From a virus (taxonomy: Duplodnaviria; Caudoviricetes), in the IMG/VR virus record IMGVR_UViG_3300030118_006722, positions 1 through 27,066 of that record: 27,066 nt of DNA; one strand, given 5' to 3'. Positions within the stretch are counted from its first letter, which is position 1. Each line of letters opens with the position of its first letter. The translations under genes were made by a program, and so were the position numbers. Below the pieces are notes generated by a model. That model made no database searches and was not told where the DNA came from. It saw only the letters and a program-made list of their open reading frames with translations. Shown piece after piece: positions 1 through 10,900 of this stretch.

Positions 1-473
1 GATGTGGCCGCTGCAAGAATCTTAGAACCATTTTCAAGTTCAATGTTTCCTTTGTTCCATACGACCACACCCTGTTGCATCCACTTTGGTAGATGCTCAT
101 ATGCAAGTTGAAGTCTGGATAGAAGTTCTCTGGCTGTGGCTAGTTTATTTGCAAGAATTGCACAGTTTACACTCTCATTGAATAATATGTAATGTAAAAG
201 AAAAGATATGATTGTCGTTGATTTACCTGTCTGTCTAGGCATTTTACAAATAACAAACCTATCATTTATAAATGTGTTTATCATTTTTTTCTGATAGGGA
301 TACATATCAAATGAGATCAAACCCTTATCTACATGCACCACCCTGACATAGTTCTGAATAAAATGTTCTGGATCTTCCCAACATTTTTTGTATTCTTTAA
401 TAGATTCTTCTGTCCACTCTACGTTTTGACCAACTGCCTTGAGATTGGGATTACCAAGATACGTTTCAGCCAT
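1..473 (-). CDS. gp17: Terminase large subunit, T4 gp17-like (5' part; continues beyond the left edge of the window)
   Basis: Absent from the ORF track because it has no stop in the window. Manual translation from ATG at 473 is open to base 1: MAETYLGNPNLKAVGQ...MYPYQKKM...FVICKMPRQTGKSTT...AILANKLATARELLSRLQLAYEHLPKWMQQGVVVWNKGNIELENGSKILAAAT. It has the YLGNPNLK N-terminus, the adenine-binding YQ motif and Walker A (PRQTGKS) of T4-type terminases, and overlaps the gp16 stop by 8 nt. Confidence 0.97.
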   Translation of the reverse strand, partial: MAETYLGNPNLKAVGQNVEWTEESIKEYKKCWEDPEHFIQNYVRVVHVDKGLISFDMYPYQKKMINTFINDRFVICKMPRQTGKSTTIISFLLHYILFNESVNCAILANKLATARELLSRLQLAYEHLPKWMQQGVVVWNKGNIELENGSKILAAAT

Positions 474-876
474 CTGTCTTACCTTTTAATAATTTTTGTA
501 ATTCACTTGTTGAACCTACAAATAAGGCATTAGTGACATTTGTTGGCCCAGAGGTTTTTTCTGCCTGAATGTCTTTTTTAGTTTTGTGGAGATTAAGAAG
601 TTCTTTGTTGGTATTTGCCAGTTTGTCAATCATCTGACCGACTACTTCAAATGCTCTGGGATGTTGGGACTGTTTGGCAATCTCAAGGAGTTCTTCAAGT
701 CCGTCTTGTCCACGTTCAATCAGATTATACAGATTTTCTCTGGCATACTGGAAGTCTGTTTCATCTTCCTGGCCATTGACAAGAGGCTTTACTTTTTCGG
801 TTTTTGCAACATCTCTCTGAGGGGTTTCAACAATTCCTAAAACCTCGTCAAGATGAGCATCTATGTCTTTCATCAT
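466..876 (-). CDS. gp16: Terminase small subunit, T4 gp16-like
   Basis: 136 aa with DFQYARENLYNLIERG, AKQSQHPRAFEVVGQM and TNNA-like NALFVGSTSELQKLLK motifs typical of T4-like gp16; lies between gp15 and gp17; ATGA overlap with the gp15 stop. Confidence 0.95.
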   Translation of the reverse strand: MMKDIDAHLDEVLGIVETPQRDVAKTEKVKPLVNGQEDETDFQYARENLYNLIERGQDGLEELLEIAKQSQHPRAFEVVGQMIDKLANTNKELLNLHKTKKDIQAEKTSGPTNVTNALFVGSTSELQKLLKGKTDG

Positions 877-1811
877 GTAAAGTCTTCACCTGTGGTTGGG
901 TCAAAGTTTTTACTGTCACTAAAGAATTCAAAAGTTTCACTAAAACCATAGTCAGTATCTGCAGTGGCAGTTGTTGGAGAAGGTGTAACTGTGTATCGTG
1001 TCTTAACTGTTGCATCACCGACATCCTGACTTGAAGATTCGTTAAGTATTCTTTCGTAATTACCTGTTTCAAGAAGTATATAGTCAGAGGTTCTTGCACC
1101 CTCTATAGTAGATTCAAGTACAACAAAATCTTGCACAAGATCACCATCTTCTGTGTTTGCTGGAATACGAAAGTTGACCTCAATTGACTTGATGACTGCA
1201 CTGGTTTTAATATCTGGGTAAACATAACCCTTCATCAAGAAACTCAAAGTCCAGATTATTGTCCTTCTGGTGGCTTGATCTCCCTCATATTCATCGGTTT
1301 GACTTGCAGAATTTAGAACGATTGGAACATCTGCCTTGATTCCCATATCTGGGACAGTGTTTATAGTGACTGTAAACTCTGGTGTAAAATAAGGTAAAAT
1401 TTGTTCTAAAATTTGAGTACCATCTTCGGCATTGTTCACTAAAATGTAAAGTTCAAAGTCAAAATTATATGGAACAGGATTATATTGTGTCATTAAAGAA
1501 GAAGTTCCTGCAGAGGTATTTGCAGCAATATTTCTTCCAAGTGTGTTTAGTTTTCTGCCAGGATCATAGTTCAGTCCAGTAAGAGCAAAACCCATTCTTG
1601 GAGTCTTTGTTGCCAGAACTTTTCTTTGTTCAATAGACTCTCTCAATGCCAACAACCACTTTTGTCTTGGTCCATAAGCAAGAGGTACACCTACTCTTTC
1701 AACCACTGCCCCACCAGAATTTTTTCTCTCAACTTTTAGATCATTGAAAAGTGTTCCAAAAGCAGCCACATATTTGCGTATTGTTTGATGATAAAAGGTA
1801 GAACCTAACAT
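873..1811 (-). CDS. gp15: Tail terminator / sheath stabiliser, T4 gp15-like
   Basis: N-terminus MLGSTFYHQTIRKYVAAFGTLFNDL, plus VPLAYGPRQKW, PVPYNFDFEL, QILEQILPYFTP and RRTIIWTLSF motifs; gp14-gp15-gp16 synteny. Confidence 0.95.
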   Translation of the reverse strand: MLGSTFYHQTIRKYVAAFGTLFNDLKVERKNSGGAVVERVGVPLAYGPRQKWLLALRESIEQRKVLATKTPRMGFALTGLNYDPGRKLNTLGRNIAANTSAGTSSLMTQYNPVPYNFDFELYILVNNAEDGTQILEQILPYFTPEFTVTINTVPDMGIKADVPIVLNSASQTDEYEGDQATRRTIIWTLSFLMKGYVYPDIKTSAVIKSIEVNFRIPANTEDGDLVQDFVVLESTIEGARTSDYILLETGNYERILNESSSQDVGDATVKTRYTVTPSPTTATADTDYGFSETFEFFSDSKNFDPTTGEDFT

Positions 1812-2713
1812 TAGAAGTTTGTCCCTTCACTAAATGGATTACCCTCTGTAAAATCCAGAATTGAATCTGCATCAGTTTCAATTTGTTTGTTAGATGTTAT
1901 TTCATCTTCAACCCCAGCTTCTATTGCAGATAGTGTCTCAACTGCCTCATCTGTAGTCTGTTTGGTTTCGTATGTACCTGTGGCCAAACTAGTTGCACCA
2001 GTAAGAATCTCCCCTACAGTAAAGTTACCTGTCATGTTAATAAGATATAGATACCTAGTTGTTGCATCCCATTTTGCAACCTCACCTGTTTTACTTGAAG
2101 ATCCACCTGTGACAGTTTCACCAACTTGAAAAGTTCCAGATACTGCTGGACTAGATGCTAATTCAAAAGTACGAACAAATGATTGCTGCTCTTCAATATC
2201 ATCTATTTCTTCTATACCAGTATCAATCTTTTCATCGGAGTAAGAAAATAATTCACAAACCAAATCAAAAGATTGTAATGTGCCAGTTTGATAAAATACA
2301 TTTGTAGCCTGAACATCAAGGATTGTAAACAAACCATCTGTGAGGGGAAAGTATATAAGATCACCTGCTTTTGGTTCTGTATCTCTACCATCTGTCTCAA
2401 AGTTTAATTCTTTAAATCTTCTTCTTGAAACAGTTAGAGTAATTTGATCTCTTACCTCAAGACCAAAATTAGAAACAAAGGTGCCATCACCACCAAATCC
2501 ATCAACATTTCTGATATACATCTCAATGATTCTTTGATCTTTAAATTGAGATAATCTATCCTCACCATACAGAGAATCTTCATTTATCAGAGTTCTTGGC
2601 ATATAATGCACATCAATACCATAGACCTTGATTGACTCAATAATTAAACTTTCAATTAGTCTCTGGTCTGGTGTATTTTCGCCATAGTGATTGAAGTAGT
2701 GGTTTGTTGCCAT
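1811..2713 (-). CDS. gp14: Neck (head completion) protein, T4 gp14-like
   Basis: ESIKVYGIDVHYMPR, LYGED, SNFGLEVRDQITLTVSRRRF, PKAGDLIYFPL, CELFSYSDEKIDTG and C-terminal ILDFTEGNPFSE motifs; synteny; TAATG overlap with gp15. Confidence 0.95.
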   Translation of the reverse strand: MATNHYFNHYGENTPDQRLIESLIIESIKVYGIDVHYMPRTLINEDSLYGEDRLSQFKDQRIIEMYIRNVDGFGGDGTFVSNFGLEVRDQITLTVSRRRFKELNFETDGRDTEPKAGDLIYFPLTDGLFTILDVQATNVFYQTGTLQSFDLVCELFSYSDEKIDTGIEEIDDIEEQQSFVRTFELASSPAVSGTFQVGETVTGGSSSKTGEVAKWDATTRYLYLINMTGNFTVGEILTGATSLATGTYETKQTTDEAVETLSAIEAGVEDEITSNKQIETDADSILDFTEGNPFSEGTNF

Positions 2714-2714
2714 T

Positions 2715-3725
2715 TTATCCTACCATAAAGTCATCTGGTAATTGATATTTAAGTTGAACTTCTTCTTCAATTCTATCAATTTCTGTAGTTGCATCATCAT
2801 AAAGTTGTCTTCCGTTTAGTGTAACTCCACCAGGCAACTGTAGACCTTCAAACTTGATGAGATTTTGCCCCCATTGTTTTTTAAAAAGTGCAGTAACATA
2901 TTTTTTGAGGAACATATCTCCGTAAACATCAGAGAATGTAGATGGATCTGCAATAATATAAGCCTCTGCAACTATAAAATCGTCAATATCTACATCAGTA
3001 CCCCAATTTACATCTAAGTGTAATCTATCTGTGTGCCGATTAAACCTAAATCTTGGTCTTGTATTGAAGAGATCATTTATCATTGACAATCTTTGTTGAG
3101 TAAAAGTGTAATTTTTAAAAGACTGCATACCTCCAAATGTGTATAGGTCATTTAATGCATATTGATAATCAACAGAGAACATATTTGTACTCTTATTTAC
3201 TTCTTTAAAAAATGGAATCACACCCTTTATACCTATAATATTTTCTTCAATTGAAATATATTGATTATCAAAATCACCCAATGAATTTGCACTTGATGCC
3301 GCAGTTGTTGCTGATGCACCACTTGTTCCACCTGTGACAGTTTCACTATTTCCAAAGGTTGTTGTAGTATTTGCATAAAAAGTATTTCCATCACCACCAG
3401 ACTTTACTTCTGGATTTTTGTATCTTATTGTTGTATTGGCACTATGATATTCATGGACTGTTGCTCTTACACCAGTTGTTCCACCTGTGATTGTCTCTCC
3501 TGCTTCAAAACTAACATTTGATGTAATTTTAAGAGTTGAAGCCGTAATTTGATGTTTTAGGAAAGTTGGAAATGTACCATCAAAATGATACTCTTGAAAA
3601 AACTCAAGTGCATCATCAATTCTATCTTCCATCTGATCATCATCAAGATTCAATTCTACTACTGGATGGCCGAGTTGTCTTTTGGCGTAATCTTTAAGAG
3701 TTGCACGTGAAGTTGGTTGTGTCAT
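2715..3725 (-). CDS. gp13: Neck protein, T4 gp13-like
   Basis: LKDYAKRQLGHPVVELNLDDDQMEDRIDDALEFFQEYHFDG, KKYVTALFKKQWGQNLIKF and LPGGVTLNGRQLYDDA motifs; GAGG RBS upstream; synteny. Confidence 0.95.
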   Translation of the reverse strand: MTQPTSRATLKDYAKRQLGHPVVELNLDDDQMEDRIDDALEFFQEYHFDGTFPTFLKHQITASTLKITSNVSFEAGETITGGTTGVRATVHEYHSANTTIRYKNPEVKSGGDGNTFYANTTTTFGNSETVTGGTSGASATTAASSANSLGDFDNQYISIEENIIGIKGVIPFFKEVNKSTNMFSVDYQYALNDLYTFGGMQSFKNYTFTQQRLSMINDLFNTRPRFRFNRHTDRLHLDVNWGTDVDIDDFIVAEAYIIADPSTFSDVYGDMFLKKYVTALFKKQWGQNLIKFEGLQLPGGVTLNGRQLYDDATTEIDRIEEEVQLKYQLPDDFMVG

Positions 3726-3732
3726 TTTGTCC

Positions 3733-4077
3733 TCAATAAGTTGCAGATGCTGAAACTGTCACCACACCCTCAGCCAGTCTCTCAATAGTAGAACCATCTG
3801 ACTGTGTGTATTCTATGTCATACACATACTGTCCAGGCGTTATGGAAGCTGTTTGTGTTGCTGTCAGAGAGATAGTTACATTTGAACCTGTGTCAGAGGT
3901 TGTAAATACAACTACATTATTGGAAGTGTAATGAGATGGTCTGAGTTTACCTGCACAAGTTCCAGAAGAAATTGCTACATTTCCTCCTGCAGTGTTCTTT
4001 GCAGTAATGGTCTTCTCAAAGGTGCACCCTTGATCTATGACCAAATTAACAGTTTGTTTGTTGAGAGTAAGTGCCAT
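3733..4077 (-). CDS. Small Ig-like (BppU-N-like) virion structural protein
   Basis: 114 aa with the pattern NLVIDQG.TF ... ISLTATQT..I.PGQYVYDIE ... RLAEGVVTVS, which recurs in small structural proteins of T4-like phages; AAGGAG RBS upstream. Fold assignment is from recalled motif similarity only. Confidence 0.65.
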   Translation of the reverse strand: MALTLNKQTVNLVIDQGCTFEKTITAKNTAGGNVAISSGTCAGKLRPSHYTSNNVVVFTTSDTGSNVTISLTATQTASITPGQYVYDIEYTQSDGSTIERLAEGVVTVSASATY

Positions 4078-4088
4078 GAAATCTCCTT

Positions 4089-4123
4089 AAAATAAACCTT
4101 TCCATATATTTAGTAATGGAAGG
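4089..4123 (-). terminator. Possible intrinsic terminator / RNA hairpin
   Basis: Minus strand reads CCTTCCAT-TACTAAATAT-ATGGAAAGG-TTTATTTT: a 6+2 bp stem with one bulge, a 10-nt loop and a U-rich tail, just after the stop of the 259-aa gene. The stem is weak. Confidence 0.4.
4107..4114 (-). promoter_or_regulatory. Variant T4-type late promoter (ACTAAATA)
   Basis: Intergenic, about 30 nt upstream of the ATG at 4077; resembles the gp55-dependent TATAAATA box, and CTAAATA variants occur in T4-like marine phages. Confidence 0.55.
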
Positions 4124-4133
4124 AGTTAGGAGA

Positions 4134-4913
4134 TTAAGTAGAAGGTTCGTCTGGCCACCCATCGTTGATATTAACAGCGATGAGTTCAGTAACATTCGTA
4201 GTAGCAGATACTGCAGTTTCGTGTGCCGTGGCCTTAGTTCTCACTCCATCTCTGTATGATTGTACTGCAGAGGGGATTGCTGTTCCATCATCTGCCTTAC
4301 GAACAACATACCAATCATAAGGTTGTAGTTTTGAACCTTGAATATCTTTTACCTCTTGAATCTTACTCCATTGTAAACCTCTTGAATGGAGTGAGAGAGA
4401 ACCAGAGATGGTAGTTGAAACTGCTGGAGAAAGAGCACCTGTGCCATCGGGTTTGATACCTCTTACAGTATTTCCATTTGCCCAATTCCCTTTGGTTACT
4501 TCTACGTGCAGTTTTCCTTCTTCTTTAGAGATGATGTTACCTGTCTTACCAGCAGAACTATGATTTGCACTACTTGCAATCTTATCTCCATCAGAAAATC
4601 CATCAGAAGAAGCAACTGGAATCGTGTAAACATCTTTCAAGGGTTTTTCAGTACTTGTGTATGTCCCTGTCACACCTGTCACGTTATCATCAGCATCTTT
4701 AGTGACTGCATATGTTGGCCCAGATACATTATGATATTTTGAGTCACTTGGAGAATTAGTCATAGTGACAGCCCAAATCTTCAGAGCTTGTAGTTCCGAA
4801 GCAGACCAGAGAGAAAATATACTTGCAGGATATTGGACACCATCTAAAGTGATGCCAACTGGCCTCATGTATAGTTGAGCGATTGTGTCGTTATCGTTGA
4901 GTCGTGCCCACAT
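4134..4913 (-). CDS. Putative tail-fibre assembly chaperone / fibre-associated protein
   Basis: N-terminal MWARL...GITLDGVQYPASIFSLWS.SEL.AL.IW.V and C-terminal LQPYDWYVVR...IPSAVQSYRDGVRT...WPDEP resemble the proteins that follow LamG fibre genes in marine phages (DW...YR..R...WP chaperone-like tail); directly downstream of the giant fibre genes; AAGGA RBS. Confidence 0.65.
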   Translation of the reverse strand: MWARLNDNDTIAQLYMRPVGITLDGVQYPASIFSLWSASELQALKIWAVTMTNSPSDSKYHNVSGPTYAVTKDADDNVTGVTGTYTSTEKPLKDVYTIPVASSDGFSDGDKIASSANHSSAGKTGNIISKEEGKLHVEVTKGNWANGNTVRGIKPDGTGALSPAVSTTISGSLSLHSRGLQWSKIQEVKDIQGSKLQPYDWYVVRKADDGTAIPSAVQSYRDGVRTKATAHETAVSATTNVTELIAVNINDGWPDEPST

Positions 4914-4943
4914 AGTTAATTTCCTTAAAAGTTGTTACTATTA

Positions 4944-4951
4944 TATTTATA
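4944..4951 (-). promoter_or_regulatory. T4-type late promoter TATAAATA
   Basis: Exact consensus (+ strand tatttata) in the 46-nt gap between the 2914-aa gene stop and the ATG at 4913, followed by an AAGGA RBS. Confidence 0.85.
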
Positions 4952-4959
4952 AACTTTGG

Positions 4960-7900
4960 TTATCTTGCATTAGCATACTTGAATGGCATTTCAGCAAAGG
5001 CCATGTAGATGTGTGTTGTTGATGAATTTGCCCCACTATATGTATCTCTAACTTTAAATCCATTACTTAAAAAATCAAAGGTATTTTCACCAGTGCTTGC
5101 AGCATCAGTATTAGAAGGAAATAATCTTTCATTCACAGGGTTGTTTGGATTTCTTTTACTATCAAGTATTTCCCAATTAGCAGAAGCATCTATATCTTTA
5201 ACCATTACAAATGCAGGTCTAAACCCAGTATATATAAATGGACCATCATCATTATTATTTCCTTCATAACTTCCAAATTTAGAGTAACCTTCTATACCTG
5301 TCCATGCATAACAAATATAGTTTGTACCAGAACCAGCTACATTACCTCCACCTGCTTCAAGATTTATAAGAGTACTTGTAGGTGCATTAATATATCCTGA
5401 ACCAGATGAAGCCATGGCAGCAGCGGTATCAAGCCTCAAATTATTATTACCTGCAGTTAAATCTTTGTGCCAAACCATCCATGAATTGGTATCATCTCTA
5501 TTCTTTACTATTATCCATTCTGGGGTTTTTCCAAGATTATGAGGAAAAACAACAGATGCACTAGTAGTACTTTTATATCTAGTTATAGCAAATCCAGCAT
5601 CCACATTGACTGATTGAGTTACATCAGAACAATTTGTGAGATTAGTTGTGACTCTAGTTGTGTCATTTCCTGCTTTCCAGCACCATGCAACAAAGTCATG
5701 ACCAGTACCATCTCCATCAGCACCAGCACCAGCAGAACCAACAAAACCATCCTCTGTAAATTCTGCTATTCCAGTTCCACCCTCTGCATTAGTACCACTA
5801 GAGTATAATATTCTACCAGCTCCACGCACAGTATCATTCAAACTATGACTTTCAGTGCCTTCTCTGGCTTTAATCCAAATAAAATCTGGCTTAAAATTAA
5901 GACCACCAACTTTATTTGGTCTACCAGAAGCATAAGCATCAGTGTACAATAAAGTATCAAAATGTTCATCTGGTGTACCTGTAGCAGAGTTAGGTCCAAT
6001 TGGTGCATATTCTGTATCTTTCAAGTTTGTAGTACATAAAGATACAAATCCTTGTGGTGGTTCAAATCTAAATCCGCCTCTACCATTACCATCTGTAAAG
6101 TTATTTTCACCATCTGGGTCACCTTGACCAAAATTAAAATGACAACCAACAGCACCAGTAGTTAAAGAAGAGGCTATAAATGGCATCCAATCTTCTGTAA
6201 TATAGGTAGTACCAACAGTATGAGTGGGAGCTGAATTTTTTGCAGGATCTCCATTTATTCCTCCACCACTATCAAAAAAGACACCATTGAGTCCAATCCA
6301 TATTTTACCATTTTTCCAAGCAATTTGAAGAAAATCTCCTTGTTGTGCAGCTATACCTGTGCTAGGCCCAGTGGTTCCAGAACCATACATAAGAACATAG
6401 GTTCCAGTAGTATTTTGTATTCCATAAAGATAGTCATTTCCTACACCCCAACCTCCATCAGACTCTATACCATGAGCAACAGCAGCATCATAACTTGCTA
6501 CTCCAACCCGATGCCCTGCACCACCACTACCAAGTGTTGCACTAGAAGCCACTTTCATTTCAAAATAATATCCCTGTGTAGAACTATCCATTTTTCCTGC
6601 CATAGTACCCCAGGCAAAACTATTGTCTACAGCAGTTTTAATTTTCAAATTTCCCTCAGAATAAGCGTATTGATTTCTAACAAGTGAATTCAACGTACAG
6701 AAATTATTCTCTGGTGTATCCAACATCTGGTCTGTTATTGCCAAAGCAGTTGGAGTAAAGTGATTACCAGTTGGGTCTGATAGATAACTTGGTGTAATGG
6801 TTGATGTACCAAGGCCTGTTACAACTGGTTTATATTTTGCAGCTCCGTTATATATTGCAATTTCATCCATATAACCATGAAAATATTTTTCGTCATCGGC
6901 AGCATAAAATCTACCAATTTTTACACCATTTGATCCTGTGGTCCAACTTGTACTATATGTACCACTACTCTTTAATATACCATTTAACATAAATGTTGTC
7001 ACACTATTTGACCTGTTAACCGCAATATGATGCCAAGTGTTAAGATTAATTGTATCACCTGAATTAACTACACTTGAAGCAGTACCAGCATTACTATACA
7101 AATGAAGTTTAGAATCTCCACTGCCAAATCCAAGGGCAAGATCTGCACTTCCTGTCCCATCAAAAGTTATGAGTCCATCATAATTTGCTATTGATGAAAC
7201 ATTTATCCACATTTCTATTGTAAAATTGCCAGAAAAGTCAAATTCTCCAATATCTGGTAAACTTAAATAATCACCAGTTCCATCAAAGAATATTGAAGAA
7301 GAACCAAAATTCTTTACATCAGTAGAATGTTTTATATTACCTGAAGCAGATATATCAGTTCCTTTGCTTGGTGCCCTCATTGAACCACTAGTAGTACCAT
7401 CATTGCCATTTCCACTTCTGTCATATACAGTAGATGCTGTGTCAGCAGGTCTTCCAGCGAGGTCATTGTGATTACCCATTGCATAATAAACAAATAAACC
7501 ACTTCTATGTGCAGAAGTATAAGCTGTGCCTGGACTATCACTGGATAATTGTTCAGTCCAGTTTGCAGTTGGGCCCGCTTCCCACAATTTTTGTACGGCT
7601 GCAGCAGTAAGTTCTACATTCCACCCTGCAGCTGCACATGCTTGCATTTTTGTATAGTCTGATGCACTACCATATCTAGCACCAATTCTGAAATGCTGAG
7701 TATCACTTGCAGGTCCACTATTAACTGCTCTATTTGTGTTAGTCATAGCACTTATACCATCATGATAAGCTGTAATTAACTGGTCAGTTGCAGATGCTGC
7801 AGTATTTGCGGTGGCAACATACAAGTGCCAGCCCCCATTTGTAGAATTACCATCTTCAACACTCAAATTATGGTCATTATCATAACCATGAAATTTCAAA

Positions 7901-10900
7901 TTATCGCCCGATGTGCCAGTGAAAAGTCCAAAACCTCCATATTGAGCATCTTTTCCAGTAGAAAGCATATAATCACCACCAGCATTCCCAGTGAATATCC
8001 TATACCACATTGCTATACTTCTAGCATTAGTTCCTGTGGGATAACCTTCAGGATCAGTTTTAGTGATATAATCATCAGTTCCATCAAAGAAATAACTGAA
8101 AGGTTGTTGATTCCAATAGTTACCTTGGTCTGAAAAATCATCAAAGTGTGTGTTACCATCAACAGTATTTGAGGTAATTAGTAATTTTACATGACTGTGA
8201 TGGACTGCATTGGTGCCAAGTTTTGCATTTGAACTGGTGTAGTTGATGCGTTCTTTATTTGATAATCTAATACCATCCATATATCCATAATAATAATTTG
8301 AATCATCCCAACCAAATATAGCAGAAGCAGCACTTGAAGCATCAAAATGTTTGTCACTCATTGATTTAGATAGAAATAAGTTTCCATTAATCCATAATTG
8401 TAATTCTTGGTCAGACCTGTCATCTGCATTTGTAATTTGAACTGCAACATGATACCAAGAATTAACTAAACCTTTACAAAATTCATCATTATTACTGTCT
8501 AATATCTCCACTTGTCCACTTGCACTATCAAATGAGACAACAAATCCATGAGTGTTATGGAACCGCATGTGTAAGTGATTACTGTCATCAACTTTTATAA
8601 AACTACAAACTCCATCCGAACTAGCAGACAATGGATATAACCACATTTCTCCACAAAAACCATTATCTCTCCATGTGTCAGTCATCAGAGGTCTAATTGT
8701 AGTTGCTTTTAAATAATCATTAGTTCCATCAAAAAAATATGAATTGGCACCATATGCAGAAATACCTTGTCTTTGGGTTGGAAAGTTTGCAGTTGTGGTT
8801 CCATCAGCTTTTGTTACTCCAATCGGTGTGGGTGCAATAAGTCCATCACTACCAGTTGAATCAACAACTGAAATAGTAAATCCCATATTGTTATGAAGAC
8901 CACAATAGTAGTGTAGTGAATCTGGTGTAGCACTTGTTGGTGAAATTTTATACAATGCATCAGTTCCTGAATATTCTTGCACTACACCAGTTGTATATTC
9001 TGGTCCATTTGCACCAGTTGCAAATTTAAATGGATGTGCCCCATTCGTTCCTCCATCAGATGCAGGACTTGGACCAATAACTGTTCTTGCTCCCCTAATA
9101 ATATAATGATTATCTCTTACGAGTGTTAATGCCGGTCTGCCATATCCATTGATGTAATAAATGTTACCAGTTGTTCCATCTAGTCTTTGTCCAGATGCAA
9201 CTGTTACAGTATAAGTTGTCGTTACGTTTGAGACATTTGTATTACCGACAGAAGATAGGAATGCATTGGCACTTGCAGCAACATGAGTATTTGAATATCC
9301 TTCATCAGCATTTAATAGAAGAGCAGTGTGTCCATCTGTAGAGAAAATATTGTCTCCACTACCGAATGTAGAGTTAGATGTTACAACTCCTGAATCTGAG
9401 TTTGCAGAAACGTGTGTTTGTTGTGTGGTACGGAGTTGAATTTTGCCATAACGTGCAATGCCTTTGGAAAATCTAAATTGGTCTATATAACCTTTATATT
9501 TTTTATAAGCTCCAGCAGAAAAATCTTTTCCTATGTATAATGCACCGCTATAACTATCAGTAGATGTATCAGTAGTACTACCTGTTAAAACACCATCTTG
9601 ATAAAATTGCCACACACCTCCACTGGCCTTTTGTAATACAAGATGCTCCCATCTTTCTATTCCAAAATGTTTATCTGAGTATAAATCTACAACAGCACCG
9701 CCGCCTGTATATACAGAAAATCTCCATGTACCAGTGTCAGTATATGAATTAATCATCCAATGATTATTAACATCTTCATATTGAGCAAATAGCATATATT
9801 TAAGATTGTCTGTACCACTATCAGTTTGACTATAACCCCGACTCGGAATATACACCCAAGCTTCTAAAGTATATTCTACAGATGCATCTGAAGCAAAATC
9901 CCAATCACTTGAATCTGCCCATTGAAGTATGTCAGTACCATCAAAATACAGAGCAGTATTTGCACCACCGAAACCATCTCCTACTGTATTTTTCCATATT
10001 GGACTACCAGTTATAGTAACTGTAGAAGTATTGTAACCAGTTCTATTTAAATTATCAGTATAACTAGTACCATTTTTTGCACCATTTGATTGTATTTGTA
10101 GTGCAGTAAATGCATCACCTGTGTCACCTTTGGCAACGAATGTGTTTGCAAATCTTTCTATGGATTTTGAGTATCTTGCAATGCCAGTAGATATACGAAT
10201 CTCATCCATATAACCATGAAAATATAAGTCATTATGATAAGCTCTTCTACCAATGTCTAACGTATCATCAAATCCAACTGTTGCATATGCAGTTCCAGTT
10301 GCTGAATCAATAGGAATACCATCAATTAATACAGTACCCAAGCTACCATTTTTTGTAAATGCACAATGATGCCATCTTTTTACAGACATGCCGTGTTGAT
10401 TACCAGTAATTCCCATAATAACAGTACCACTTACAGTTATATTCATATTCAAGGAAGCACCATCAGTTCTAAACTCCCAAGCTGTTGCAGGACTACCAAC
10501 TGGCCATGTGGATGCAATTGTGTGAGTTGCAGTGCCTGGATCTGCATCAAAGTAACACCATGCTTCTACACTTGAATCTACATCTTCTGCGGCCCATATA
10601 TTAAAATCATTACCTCGCCCTGTATCTGCAACTTGAAGATAATCGCCCGTACCATCAAAATATATTGAGGAACCACCGAATACTGATTTGTCTGTTTTGT
10701 GTTTGGTATCACCACCCACAACAATAGTGTGTCCAGCAAAAGGTGCACTTATAGTTCCACCCTTATTCAAATCATTTCCAGTTGTGGTTCCACCAGTTCC
10801 ACTTGCCGAAACTTGAGAATAAACTAAAGTGCCAGAAGTTACCAAGTCATCACCTTCACCAGTAAGATTACCCATAGTCCAGTAATCTACAAGGCCAGTA

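Noticed and set aside
466-876. pac site in or near gp16
   Set aside because: Plausible by analogy with T4, but no diagnostic sequence is visible.
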